A stretch of DNA of 64,000 nucleotides from Octopus sinensis (GCF_006345805.1 NC_043001.1:70060001-70124000); one strand, 5' to 3'. Positions 40,487 through 54,950 are shown, numbered from the stretch's first letter. Notes: generated by a model from the letters alone, not told the origin. Program-made: numbers and translations.

Positions 40487-41026
40487 GAATTTATAAATGG
40501 TCTATGACTATTTAATTTTTTCCCACTAGGCCGCTGGTGGCAAAAAAATTCTACGAAATTTTTTGCCACCCTATATTGATTAAATATATATATATATATT
40601 ATATATATATATTATATATATATATATATATGCGAAAGACGGTTTGAAAATGCAATTCAAAAGATGTTATTTACTTTACCGGTTTCACTCTTTGGAAAAA
40701 GATTGTCAAAAGTAACATGTGGAAGTTTGGTTGCGTTAATTATTGGTTGTTGCAAATTGCTACATTACATATATATATATACAGTCTTTGGTAACAGGGA
40801 CATGTTAAGGACATAAAAAAGTTCAACAAGTTCCTTAAAATATTGGGCACAAAAGAATACATAAATAATCGTTCTCAAGGACATACTTAAGATAGTTTCC
40901 AGAAGGAATTGATATTGGTACTGTATCTGTATATTCATTTATACATTTAGGTAGGTTTAATGGGGTGGTGGTGGGGGACATTGAGTACCTTATTTACTGT
41001 GGTTAACCACGACTCAACCCGGGACC

Positions 41027-41096
<70 letters not shown>

Positions 41097-43114
41097 TGTG
41101 TGTGTGTATGTATGTATGTATGTATGTATGTATATATATATATATATATATGCGTGTGCTGTGTGATGTGTGCGTGTTTGCGTGTTTGTTTGCGTGCCTG
41201 TGTGCGTGTGTGTGTGTGCGTGCGCGTGTGTGTGTGTGTGTACTGCAGGAAAATTTAACCGGTAGCACTGAAAATACAAGGGATTATCTGTTGTCTGTCT
41301 CCGCTCAGGAAGGAAGATGCTTACGTGCGCTTCTGGCTTCATGAGTTAGCTGTACAGCCCACTTGCCAGCGGCTAAGGTTTTGGGGTTACACGAAGCATC
41401 CTAGGGAGAGGAATATTAGTAGTGGACTGTAAGATGTTCAATAGTCTACTGTTAATGTATCAGTGCTACTACTGCCACTTACATCACGACCACCACCACC
41501 ACCGAAGAGATTTCGATAGATCAAATATGCTTTGAGACTGACGCCTTCTTGCGGTCACTCATCCGATGGACTACCTACTCGATATATATTGAATTACCAA
41601 AGAGTCAAAACAATAATAAACAGAACAGAATATTTTTGTTTATGTTATGTTGGCGTATGCTAGCTATGAGTTGTGGAGTCTGTTCGGCAACACATCAACC
41701 ATTGGTAGCGCCTTAAACGCAACCAAGTGACCAACTGTTCGACCAGACTGTAAACGATTCCTGATCGATAAAGCAATTAAACACATGCTTCTCCCACATC
41801 GTAAACCATGCATGTATGTACGAGGAAGTCATCCGTAACAGAAAACAAAATAATCCAAATATATAACTAACAAAACAAAAAAACTAGTAAAGTGAGGAAA
41901 TATCGACTGCAATTGTCTTCAAGCAGAACAAAGCCAAAGAAAATATGACGACAATCGATGATGATGGACATGAAAGGTCGAAGTGACCTAAAGTTAGAAA
42001 TCCAGAATATGACTGTGTAGAGAACTAGATTAAAATAAGTAATGGATAGCAGTTGGTAGAATATCGATGAGAAACACTGGCAGCTGTGAAATTTTTATGT
42101 GATAACTGCAAGAACAATATTTGCTATGACAGACTGAGTGGGAGATGTGAAAACTGATGTAAGGATAAATGGAGTAATCAATGCAACAGAAACTTTGGTC
42201 AGAAAAGAGACTGCTTACTACAGTCAAATGATGTAGAACGATAGAGTTTACATTTAAAAGAAATCTATGTAGTCCATAATGAGATAGACCATAAAAGCAC
42301 ACTTGTATAAACTGAAAGAGACGAGATAAATGCTCAATAAATATATAATGATATACTAGAATAACGACTGTTTGAAATAAAACCTCACTTTACATAGGAA
42401 ATTCGCTCTAAAGCAGAAATAATCCGGTGGTATAAATGACAGCGAGAGCTTTGGGAACATAATAAATGCTCCTCGATAATACAAAACTGTATAAAAACAT
42501 TATAGAAAGGTGCAAAGTATTGTGTAAGATAAGTAGATTAAAATTTGAAACGGAAAGGTTGAAAGTATTGGGTAAAAATGTTAAAGATAATAAGCCTTGT
42601 TTGAAAATAAATATAGCTAGAAATATCAACCTAAGAAGTAATTCGGATACAACAAAATACACTGGAAAGCATGCCTGTACGAGGAAGCTGTTACCTATAA
42701 GTTAACTAAATAATAAAATATATCAGGCGTACGCATAGAAAACATGTCATATTGATGTGTATTAAATAATAAAAATGTTTAAATAAGATATTAACATCAA
42801 ATAATATAGTAACATTCGGCAAGACGTCTGAATATTTTGCCAAATTAATCGATAATCTGCACTCTAAGGTCTCAAGGTCGAACATAGTACATACATGTAT
42901 TACACGAATCAATTTAGTAACTCCAATCAGAAAAAATAAAAAAGTTATCTTGAAAACTGGATGTATTACAAGATCACACACAGATTACCTTTCTATTTAT
43001 AAAAGTAGAAACATAATCATGTACACAGGCTGGTATAATTATATGAGGATTTTGGCAATTTCTGTTCTGATCAACTTCAGAAACGGACATCAAAATATGC
43101 AGTCTATAGGTAAT

Positions 43115-43482
43115 CTTTATCCTTTGCTTGTTACAGTCACTGGATTGCAGCCATGCACCGCCTTTCGTCGACAAAATCGGCGCTAGGACTTATTCTTTGT
43201 AAGCTTAGTACTTATTCTATCGGTCTCTTTTGCCGAGTCGCTAAGTTACGGGGACGTGAACACACCAGCATCAGTTGTCAAGCGATGTTGGGGGGACAAA
43301 CACACACATATATACATATACATATATACGATGGGCTTCTTTGAGTTTCCGTCTACCAAATCCACTCACAAGGCTTTGGTCGGCCCGAGGCTATAGTAGA
43401 AGACACTTGCCCAAGGTGCCACGCACTGGGACTGAACCCGAAACCATATGGTTGCTAAGCAAGCTATTTACCACACAGCCAC
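43115..43482 (-). mobile_element. SINE family B, near full length
   Basis: Aligns along its length to 35646-36034. Confidence 0.9.
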
Positions 43483-45991
43483 TTTTTTATATATATATGT
43501 ATACACATTATGTGTTACCCATTTTGAAACAGCGTGTACATTCTGCGAATATATCTCGAAATATTGTACACAGTTTACAATAATTAAATATATTTACTTC
43601 AGTTCGGATAATTGAACAGAGGATTCTCAACTGCAGTTATTCAGGTATACAGTCGAATGCTTCGAAGCCATTTGATAGTTATTTATTAATCGATACTAGG
43701 CCTTTGATAGTGTTGTCGATTTCAGTGGCTTCTGAGCGTAGAACATAAATCGGTAACTAAATACAGCGTTAAACGCAGTCTTTGAGTTCTTTTCGTTGAT
43801 ATGTTATTGCCAGAAGTTCTAGCATAAGAATAAATATATTCATTTCAGGGCAATTATAGTGAATAAGTCTCTGGATTTAAGTCGGTCCTCTATATAGTTA
43901 TATGATATTCATAGTAACTAGATGTCATTTAGTATTCAAAATGGGTTGGGATATTTCTAAACTTTGATAATTCGAAAATATAGTTCTTAAAAATAGTAAA
44001 GAAAATGTCGTATGCCACTCTCTTACAATGAATTCGTCAGGTGAAAAAAAGCCTTTAAATAACTGGAAAGAAGCTAGATCAGTTCAGCTTTTAAAACAAT
44101 GGAAAAAGGAAAGGCAATGTCTAATTTTGGTGTGATTTTGAAAGGTCATCGTAATGGTCGATAACTTAAAACTGCAATATTTCAGTCCCTCGCTTTATTT
44201 ATGGAGCCACATAGAGCCAATTCAACAAGTTTGTCACATTTATTCTCTAATTGCTGAAGGAACTTTTCAATAGCCATCATGTTGATCAAATATTTTAAAT
44301 GGCTTCGCATTCTTCCTCCAAAACGTGCATATGAAAATCTTGACTTGCAATTTAATTCTACAATGTTGGTCTATAACTTTGTTATATTTGAGAGAAGCTC
44401 CATTTTATCGAATTTAAAATGATTCCATAGATATGTGAGTGTGTACTTAAACTTAGGTATGTATTTAATAATTTCACTCGCTGTTCACCAGGTTTCGTGT
44501 TCAAACTGATTTCTAACATAACCTTGTATATTAGAATTTGTTAATAGAGAAACTATGCAGAAGTACGTCGGTTGCCAAAGGGATAGTTAGCCAAGGAGCT
44601 GCAGAGAAAGGTAGAATTTCGTGCACATCCTGTGACGCTGGATTATGTCAATGACTATAAAATTTAAATCTGAAAACTGTTCAGTTACACAAATGTGATT
44701 GTGTACCGAGATTAACGTAATCCGTGTAATGTGTGTTTGTCTATATTTCTCGTCGGTCAATATTTCGACTTGCTACCCGTTTATTCTGTTTTCGTCTAAC
44801 TTTTTCTCCTTTTTTTGTTGTGTCGGTTCAAACCTTTATACATCCATGTAGCGCACCGCACACCCTGTTTGTTTACTTTATTGTAAAAAAATATTCCGTG
44901 AATATTTATTGTGCGACACATAGCTCTTTATCTCTCTCTCTCTACTCTTACTTTACCTCTATCTCTTTCCACCTCTACTCTGTCTCTTTTTCCACTCTCT
45001 CTCTCTCTCTCTCTCTCTTTCTGCCTTTGCTTGCCTCTCTTTCTCTCCTATCCCTTTCACTCTGTTTCTCCACTCCCTCTGCTCGTTCGTTCTTTCTCTC
45101 TCTCCCATTCTTTCCCTCTCTCAATAGTTCTTCTTCCCTACCACGCGACCGATGTCTGGTGAAGGGGGTGTTGTTTCTTCTTCGAGCTGCCTTTCACCGC
45201 TCTGGTCAGACTGGTCTGGGCTCATGTTACGTCCATTAGGACTTACTTAATTTCATCTTTGTGCAATCGCACTAAGTTCGTTCATTAGCCGCAATTCTCT
45301 TACTCTTGTATTTGTGATTGATGAATAATTATTACTTTTTCTTGTCCTGTATATATCTGCAAGGATTCGTACTGTTATATATGCATAATTTTTGGTATGT
45401 TATCTCTATATAATGTCTTGTTAGTTTCTGGCTTACTATATATTCACTAGCATTTCCCCAATAGATTAATAACAGCACTGGCGCCTCCAAAATTAAGTGC
45501 TCTCAATGGCAATGGCGCGAAACCACTATGATATTTTGGGTCATTGACTGACGTAAAAATTTCAACTGCGAATATTCCACATATCGTTTCTATATTTTCT
45601 GTCCGTTAAGTTTTCGTCTAGTTTCCCGTCTGCTCCGTTTTCGTCTAACTCTTCCTCCTTGTGTTCCGTCTGTTAACCCTTGATACATATTTATGTATGT
45701 GTGTGTGCATATTGTTGTTAATTATCTGTTATATACCGTTTCTAGCAAGATGTGTGTGTGTGTGTTTGTGTATATATGTATATATAGCTGTTAACTATCT
45801 GTTACCTACCGTATCTAACAAGATAAAGATGTTTAGTTGTACTTTTTTTAATGCAGGTAAATGTGAACATTGAATAATATTGAAGAGCAAACTGAATGAC
45901 ATCTTTATTAGGCTATGACTGTACTTATAACAGCAACATCAACAACAGAATCAGCATCAGAAACAGCGGCAGCAGTAGAAGCAGTAGAAAC

Positions 45992-46034
<43 letters not shown>

Positions 46035-46806
46035 ATAGTAGTAGTATGTTCGGGTTGATAGAGGAAGGAATTAGCTTTTAAATCACGACAATGGGGCTGG
46101 TCGATGTTGATGTAGCTGTCGTTGTTAAAGGAATATTTATTTTTAAGCAAAAAACATCGAGAAATCAATTTATTTTATTTCATTCCATACCAGCTTTTGT
46201 GTGCAGTTTTATCCATTCTGCATCACATTTATATTTCGATTAATACCTTTCGGCTGTTAGTGTTGTTGCTATTGCTGGTGACGCTGCTCTTATTGACGTT
46301 GTTTTCTGTTCTTACTCTATACTTAATTCTACATAAACTAATTTTTCTACACTTAAAATTAACCATATTTACATCTTGCTCAACTGCTAATTTCACGAAA
46401 TACATATCAATTTATAACCAATTTTCTCTTTCATTTCCTTTCCATCATTTTCTTCGCTATATTCCTATACGTTTCTTATCATTGCTGACCTTGTTGTCAT
46501 CGTGGTTCTTCTAGTTAGTGTTTTTATTTCCGTATTTGGTTCATTACTGTTGTGCATTTAATGTTGACGTCGTTGCTATTATATGTGACGTTATTCGTGG
46601 TGTTGCGCTCGCTGCTTTTGTTGTTAATGTGTTTGCATTCCGATACTGGATTTATGGTCTTTCTTTTTTATATCTGCTTCTTTTCTTTTCTTTTCTTTTT
46701 TTGTTCTTTAAAATGTTTTGACGAAGCGAGTAACAAAGATGATGACGATGGAAGATAAATGGAAAGGAAATGGTGGTGACAGCAAATGGGCGGCAGAGAA
46801 ATTGCT

Positions 46807-47019
46807 TTCTACTTTAGGAACCAGACTTCAAATTTTAGCGGATGAGCGTTGGGTATTACAATGCGCCCAGTTCTCGATTGATTCGTAATTTCTTAACTGA
46901 CCCTGAGAGGGTGAAAGGCAAAGTCGGACACGACGTTATTTGAACTGAGATCATAAAACCGGTTAGAATGCAGCTAAATATTGTCTAGCGTGCTAACGAT
47001 TCTGCCTACTGGCCGCCCT
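46807..47019 (-). mobile_element. SINE family A, diverged
   Basis: GAAAGGCAAAGTCG, TTTGAACT, CGTGCTAACGATTCTGCC. Confidence 0.8.
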
Positions 47020-47220
47020 AGAGAGATGGGCGTATCATATCACTACTGCTGTCTGTGGGACGATTACGATGACAGAAATACTGGGTGGGGAAAGGAAGAG
47101 GAGAGGGAAAATACTTATATCTCTCATCTTCACTTACTACGGATGGACATTTTGTTTTATATATTTTATATATTTGTGACTCTATGGATGCATGTGTGCA
47201 TGAGAATGGGATATATATAC

Positions 47221-47274
<54 letters not shown>

Positions 47275-47504
47275 ACACACACACACACACACACATAACT
47301 ATAACTATACATGTACGTGCGTATGTGTGTAACAGTATATCAAGCAATATAATTATACATCTATATACATACACACATATATACATATACCCAAATACAT
47401 ATATATATGTGTGTGTAATGTATGTGTTTAAAAGATTGATATATGTATTCGTTTGCTCATGTATACACGCGCACACACACCACACACACACACACACACA
47501 CCAC

Positions 47505-47536
<32 letters not shown>

Positions 47537-49389
47537 ATATATATATATATGTGCGTGCATAAATATGTATGTATATATATTATATATATATATATATATA
47601 TGTATGTATATATATATACATATATATATATATATAATATATAATATATATATATATATTATATATATATATATATATATACAGAGGGAGAGAGACGGAT
47701 TCGTGTGTGTGTTGATAGATAGATAAACAGATAGACAGATGAACTGCATTAATGTAAGCAAGTCTCCTTCTACATGCACAAGTGCCCTTAAAATATCATC
47801 ATCCATAGAAAGCTAAAAAGACAGCGACAATTACTAAAATAATTCCGACCAGCAGTAAGGGCGCCATCACTAACGACAACAATAATGAAAACTTTATTTC
47901 ACAACCATGCTTTATTGAATTCCTTATATAATCCCTTCAGAACGATTTTCAGTCTACCAGAACTCATTCGCAAGAGTTATGGCAAAAGGAAAAAAATAAT
48001 AATAACGGAAACTTTAATCTTGACGCCTGTTCATGAGATCGAACCTGACACATCGCGATTTGTTTTGTGTGTGTGTGCATGTGTATGAGTTTATATATGG
48101 ATGCGTATGTATTTTTCGCAATGAAGCTGCTTACTTTGTTGCATCTTTAGTTCTTGTATTGTTTCCTATTGTTGATCTCGCCACACTTGCAAATTCCTGC
48201 TGCCGATTATTCAATTCATTAGTATTGTAGTACATGTTGTTGTTGCTATGTTGGTGTTGTTGGCGGTAATGGCGGCGGAGGCAGTAGTAGTGGTGATGAT
48301 AGTGGAGGTGTCGAAATGTTGTTGTAGTTATTTGTGACATTGATTGGGTAAGGGGTGGGGTTCCTAATATACTAGTTATCGATTTTTTTGTCTTACTTTT
48401 CTTACTGTAACTGATACACGCTGACGTTCTCTCTGTTGCAATTGCAGTAGTAGTAGTAGTAGTAGTAGTAGCGACAGCAGCTTCAGTTGTTCTTGTTGTT
48501 GTCATCGTTGCTGTTGTTTCCTGTCACATTTGGCATGATGGTGTTGGTAGTGGTGGTGGCCATGGTCGTGGTGGGGGAGGAGATGAAAGTGGGGTGGTGA
48601 TGATGGTGGAGAAGGCACTTAATACGCTTCCTATTGATTTTTATCTTCTTTTTTTGCTCATTTTTGTTGCTATCAGTAATGGTGCTGACATTCCATTTTG
48701 CAATGATTTTAGAACATGTTGTCGTTACTGTTGTTCTAGCTGTTAATTTTGCTATTGCCGCTGCTGCTGTTGCTGCTGCTGCTGCTGTTGTGATTATTTT
48801 GGCTCTTGTTGCTTTTGTTACTACTTAACTCTTCATCGATTATGTTATTTTTAATATCAGTGTTGTTCTTCTTCTTTTGTATATTCTTGTGCACAAAGAA
48901 TACATGGTTCCACAACCATCATCATTAAGTCTTTGTTTTATAAGACATCGTCAGTAAAGTCTTTATTCAATCTAAAATACGTTCGGTTCGTTAGCAAACA
49001 TAGAATTTAGCTAAACAAAACGTAGAAATTTCACGCCTTTCAGACAATTGTGTAGGGTACTATTATATTTGTATGCCACTGAAAATTGTTACCTTTATGT
49101 ATACTAATTTTATTCATCCTGATTTTACAAACGAACTCATAAAACCATGCAGGTTTTAAGCAGCATCAAATCGATTGTATAACTAAAGTGCACATCGCCT
49201 AATTATATATATTTGTAAAATATACAAACAAACCCACCTATATATACACACATACACGCATACTTAGACAAACACACACAAACACACACACATACATACA
49301 TAAATGTATATAGATATATATGTGTGTATATATATGTATATGTATATATATGTTTATATATACATGTATATGTACACACACACATACAC

Positions 49390-49449
<60 letters not shown>

Positions 49450-49649
49450 ATACACACACCAAGCATTCTGAATGTTAATATTTGCGCTGTTCTAGAATCA
49501 ACGCTAACCACCAATCAACATCACATCCTAATATCAGCATTGAATGCTCCGAGTCATTTTTGGATTAGCTTCACACCATCAAAATACTTTTATTATTTTC
49601 ACTACCTGTATAGAAAATCCAAACGACTAGTACCTATTTGATTATCTCC

Positions 49650-50108
49650 CTTCTGAGCAGCTTAAGTCAGCGCTAGAAGTAAAACGACCATCTTTAGTTT
49701 CAAGACGAAAGGTATTTTCGATCAGGATAATGCTCGGTCACATACAGCGAGGGTGACATTCGAAAGAGTAGTGCACTTTGTATCGGAAACGCTGCCCCAC
49801 TCACCCACCAAATTAGCTAGACTTTGCCCCATCTGGTTATCATATATTCCACAGTATTCAAAATCATTTAAACGGAAAAACAATGAATTCTGTAGACGTA
49901 GTCAGAACAGTACTGCAGGAGCATTTTTCGTCACGGACAAGCAAGTGAATCTTGGAAAAGGGGCCTTGAAATTCTAGCATATATAGAGAAAAGCATTGTT
50001 GAAAATGAAGGGAAGTATATTTTAGATTAAAAAATAAATCTGTTCATCTAAATTTTGAAAAATAAAAGAAGTACAAAAAAACTGCATTGTTTATGGGATG
50101 ACCCAATA
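49650..50108 (+). mobile_element. Mariner transposase 3' fragment with right TIR
   Basis: EQLKSALEVKRPSLV, QDNARSHTARVT (49723-), LPHSP..DFAPSGYHIFHSIQNHLNGK, ENEGKYILD*; ends TTATGGGATGACCCAATA. Confidence 0.88.
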
Positions 50109-50912
50109 TTTTTATTTTACTTTTCAACTAACGGCGCACACTGAACATCAGCGCAGAGTACAATGGGGAGGAGTCGATTTGTGTGGTGTTTCTAATGAGT
50201 CGAATAACTACCCATCAATAATTCGCTGATCATTTTTAGTTAGGAATCTCCTATGTGGTCAGTCGACCTATTACTTACCGCAGGTAATATAAGATCCTAA
50301 TCCTTTGTATTAGGGAAAGAAAGGACTCTTGCAATGACTAGATACCTTATGACATCAGAATGAAATAGCATGTTCAAAGCTGGTAAACATGTTATCATAT
50401 ATGCAATGCATGGCAAGGGTTTGAGCCCAAAATAATAAAAAAAAATTTTTTTTAAACATTGAAGCTCCGATCAGCTCCTACCTTGTCCCTTCACTTGTTC
50501 CAACACTATTAAATACTCTAAGAACCCATACCACAATGTTTTCGATATTTCTAAGTCAACATTTTCCCTCATCCCCAATAATTTTCGTATAATAATATTA
50601 TATAGTATGTATGTGTGAATGTGCGTAGGAGTGTTTTGTTATGTGGTTATAAAAAATAAGTATATTTAAATATTTATATCAATATATAGGCATGCTGCTT
50701 ATAAACAAATATACGGATATAGAGAAACGATATATAGAAAATGTATATACACGACTAAGCACAAATGGTAAAATATTGATGTAAATGTTTTACGAGGAAT
50801 GTGATATATATAGACATACACATATGTGTGTGAGAGAGACTGAGTGTATGTGCGTAAGAATGTATGCATATAATAGAAATATTAAAATTACTAAGTCTCT
50901 CTAAAAGACTAC

Positions 50913-50955
50913 GCTACATTGACAAAGGGCAAATACCCTGAAACGCGTCTGTAGC
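50913..50955 (+). ncRNA. Decayed type I hammerhead ribozyme motif
   Basis: GCTACA / TTGACAA (two transitions from CTGACGA) / AGGG-CAAATA-CCCT / GAAA / C-GC-GTC (ACGCGT palindrome) / TGTAGC. Confidence 0.6.
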
Positions 50956-51117
50956 TGTCTGACTAGCAGTGTGAAGCGGTTGACCTCCCTTGTTCGAAGG
51001 TTATAATGGACACAGTTTGTGTGTCAAATAGCTATCTTAAGGCGATGGCCTCATGGAGCTAATCAGCGACAGCTTTTAGTCTTATATCATATTAATATGG
51101 CGATAACAATTAATGTA

Positions 51118-51156
<39 letters not shown>

Positions 51157-51172
51157 GTTCAAAATGTGACCG

Positions 51173-51354
51173 CGTGTGTACCGTCGGCGATTATTTTTCC
51201 TCCGTCTTCCCTTCTCTGGATCTTTCCTTTTCCAATGTTTCTGACGAAGTGCTCCGCTCGAACCGCTCCCTTCCTCCCTGAGCGTCCAATAATACTATAT
51301 TTGTTCCACGACCTCCCGTTGTTGTGTTTTCTCTTTGTGTTTTCATGTTTGGAT

Positions 51355-51356
<2 letters not shown>
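51173..51356 (+). mobile_element. Second copy of the ~190-bp Penelope-like pLTR fragment
   Basis: Homolog of 2157-2352; CTGACGA at 51241-51247, then AGTGCTCCGCTCGAAC (3' part lost). Confidence 0.6.
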
Positions 51357-51395
<39 letters not shown>

Positions 51396-51418
51396 CTGTG
51401 TGTGTGTGTGTGTTTATG

Positions 51419-51451
<33 letters not shown>

Positions 51452-52099
51452 ACATATATGTATTTTTAGGTCTGTGTGCGCGTTTATGTGTGTATGTCTG
51501 GGTGCGTGTATGTACGTATGCATGTGTGTAAATGTGAAACTCAATAGAGAAAGACACTGGGTTATATATGTTCTTTATGGTTCTATATTTTAGTTAGAAA
51601 CAGTGACACATATATTTGGAAAATAAAATATCATTGGAATTTATTCGCTTTTGTGCATGCGTATTTAAACGTGTATTGACTTAAATATATTTGCTTCGGT
51701 AGAAAATAGATGAATTATAGATAAAACTACACCAATTTTGGAAAATATAGGCATTAAAACTATACGAATGGAGTAGTGTATATAGCTCATATTGAATATA
51801 CACAAGAAGCTAGAGCTAAATTTAGAGTACGTAATATATAGGTAGTTTGTATTTCGTAATTGACCTGCTAGATATAGCAGGCATATTTTTCCTCACACTT
51901 AAAGGACGGAAAGATACTTTGGTGAAATAAGCCGTATATGCGTCACATGTCTAAACAATAAATATTTGACCAAACTTCAGGCAGTCTAATAAGTAGTTAA
52001 CATCAGTCTATCCCTGATGCAAGTGCACTCGTTAGATACTCGACATTTCAACGCAATTCGATGCAAACCTGCGACGTGACAGGTTGTATTTTACGTGCT

Positions 52100-53129
52100 T
52101 GGTTACCCGGAGAACCAAAGCAAACAGCAAACTCAAAAAAACCAAAGCAAACAACATGTCATAGGTAAACATTTGTTGTTACGAAACGTGCGTACCAGAA
52201 AGTTTTCGAGATTTCGATCGGGGAATTTTTCAGTTCAAAATGCAAATTGCACTGGCCGGTTAGCCATGAGTAGAAGCGAGAAAATGAAGGTAGTCACATT
52301 AACTCTTGTTATAAAACCATAATGATGGCTGATATTCTTTAAATATCTATATAGAATGTTGGAAACCATCTGCATCAACTTGGTTAAATCAGAAGGCTCG
52401 ATGTTTGGATCCTACATTAATTGAATTAGGGTAACCTGCAACAACAGGTTATTCGTTGCATAAACCTACAGAAAAATGTCCCTTTTTTAAGAGACTGGTG
52501 ACAATCGATGAAAAATCAATCGGTATAACAATGTGAAGCACAAACAGTCATGGGGGAGGCGCAACGTACCATGACAAACAACCTCTAAAGCAGAACCTCA
52601 ATGAAAGAAAGTTATGCTTAAATTTTTGTGGGATTTGAAGGGTGTTGTCTTTTACAAGCTTCTTTCCACTGACAGGGACATCGATTCGGTTGTGTACTGT
52701 GACCAGGTGGATGAATTAAACCAGAAATACTCAGCGTTTGCTAATCGCAAGAGCAGTGTCTTTCCAAACAACAATACCAGGTGATACAGTTCTTTGCAAA
52801 CGCGGCTTGCAAAGAAGGCTTGGGTGTAATGTTTTACTGCAGTTTCCATATTCTTCCACCCTTGCGGCTTCAGATTTACAACTGTTTTGGTCTCATCAAA
52901 ATTCATTGAGTGGACGGACATTCCACATTAAGAAGGATGTAAAAATCCACCCGGAAATATTATTCACCAGGAAAGACATGAAATTCTTTGAACAAGGTAT
53001 AAGGGATTTACTCACAAGCTGGTTGAAGATAGTGGAATTAAACGGTAAATATATAATTGAATTTAATACATCACTTTGTACCATTTTTGTCGATTAAAAA
53101 ACTGAGTGGATGTTTCGGCCAGGCCGATA
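52100..53129 (+). mobile_element. Mariner transposon, decayed, most of the transposase present
   Basis: FSRFRSGNFSVQNANCTGR, RLDVWILH (WVPH-like), LKRLVTIDEK (52490-), KVMLKFLWDLKGVV, LQFPYSSTLAASDLQLFWSHQNSLSG, ELNGKYII. Confidence 0.88.
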
Positions 53130-54179
53130 CAAAACAGGGTGTTAAAGTGTGGAACAACTTAAACATGATGTGCTACTAAAACCCTGCCTTGCACGTAAAC
53201 ACTTGCATCAGGCATCCCGATGTTTTGTGTCGACGGAGCATAAGTGATTTCCTAGTGGATGATTCCAGTTGCTATTTAGTTCTATGTGAAATTTCTTGGT
53301 GAGACTTTTTATCTCGCATTGATAATAATGAATCACCGTTTCATTCAAAGTCAAATATTAAGTTGGTCAATCAACTGAAACACTAGCTCATTGAATTACT
53401 GTAAAAGTGGCCGAGTACTGCACATCATGTATGAATATAAAGAAATTTCCTGATGGAAGCAATATGGCACAGTAGGGCGGGTATGGTCCTTTAAAATACA
53501 GGTATTGTACGCATTTTCCATACACTTGATTTTACTCACAGGATTTGGCTCCCTCGTAGTAAGAAAGAAACCGGGACAATGTGATTCCGAAGCGAATACC
53601 TTCACCATTTGGCCGTATTGCGCCATTCATATGAATCTAGCCCGTAATTATCCGTTATGTTATTTCATGCTTTCAGAAGTTGCTGGCAACGTTTTGAGCA
53701 AATTCAGAGTCGTGCAAAACACGTAAATCGTACAGTAAGATATTTTGCAAACATATAATTTAAGGTTGACAAGCTATGTTTGGCTTCTAAGAATCTTAGG
53801 GTTTATTGGAAAATTTGATGATTCAAAAATATTGTATAGATTAAAATCGGATTCCAGCACGAACATTTTATTGCAAACAATTAAATCGAATTATTAAAGA
53901 AAATAATCGTTAGAAAGTGTCAAATCCTTTAATAACAATAAAATATAAAAAAAAGCATGCTACTTGTAACTACCTCATTTTATGTGAAATATTATACCGA
54001 TTCTTCTGGTTTACTTTTTAAAATAATATTATGAAGGGCGCAGCATATCCATTGGAAGAGGGCAACACATAGAGATTGACGTCCTTGAGAAGATTACTGG
54101 AAATTTTATATGATGAAATATTACTCAAGAAATATGGGAAATGTGAGGTTATATAAGAAGTGTTAGAAAGTGAGGATGG

Positions 54180-54950
54180 ATTATGAGAGAGAATGTCCGA
54201 GAGATAAGAGAGAAAAGGGAGGAGAGTAGATAAAGATTTAGAGAGGGAAAAGGGAGGACAGCGACAGAAATTAGAGTTGAGGAAGAAAGAGGGAAGAAAA
54301 TAGAACAAAAAGAGAGTGGATGAGAGACGTGGAATGAGATGTATGAGGAAGGAGAAAATAAAGAGTATCAGGCAGATGGGAAGAGAGAATGAGAGAGAGA
54401 TAGCAATGAAAATAAATAAAGAAGTGGAAAGAGGAGGAAGAAGCAGCAGCAGCAGCAGAAGCAGCAACAGCAGAAGCAGCAGCAGAAGAAGAAGAAGAGG
54501 AAGAAAAAGAAGAAGAAGAAGAAGAAGAAGAAGAAGAAGAAAAAGAAGAAGAAGAAGAAGAAGAAGAAGAAGAAGAAGAAGAAGAAGAAGAAGAAGAAGA
54601 AGAAGAAGAGGAGGAGTTTGGAAGCGTAGAAAAAGCATAGAAGAAGAGTTTGGAAGAGTGAAGAAGATAGGAGAAAGAAAGAGATAGAGATTAAGAGAGA
54701 GAGAGAGAGAGAGACAGAGAGAGACAGAGAGATAGAAAGAGAAAGTGAGAGAAAAAAGAGATAAGTAGAGACTATAAGACAAAGGAGAAAAGTAAAAGAT
54801 GAGCAAAGGGAGAAAGGATGAGAAAGAGTAGAAGAAACAGGAGTAGAGGGAAAGGAAAAATACAGGAAGTAGTGGGAAAGAGAAAAGAGCAATAATAAAG
54901 AAGACAGAGAGGTGAAAAATAGAGGGGAATCAGAAGGGGACAGTGATGTG
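54180..54950. repeat. Polypurine tract with (AGC)n/(AGA)n/(GA)n
   Basis: Direct inspection; explains the 262-aa poly-Leu and poly-Arg ORFs. Confidence 0.95.

Larger units (their letters stand above)
38319..41029. repeat. Near-identical tandem duplication of a ~1.33-kb unit (38319-39640 and 39694-41029) joined by (TA)n
   Basis: Both copies run from AACATCACAATCAAGG to CCCGGGACCTAC. Differences seen are homopolymer or (TA)n length indels only. Confidence 0.97.

Noticed and set aside
54018-54892. Longest ORFs in the track (262 aa poly-Leu, 174 aa poly-Phe, 123 aa poly-Arg)
   Set aside because: Read-through of (AGA)n/(GA)n polypurine repeats; no coding complexity.
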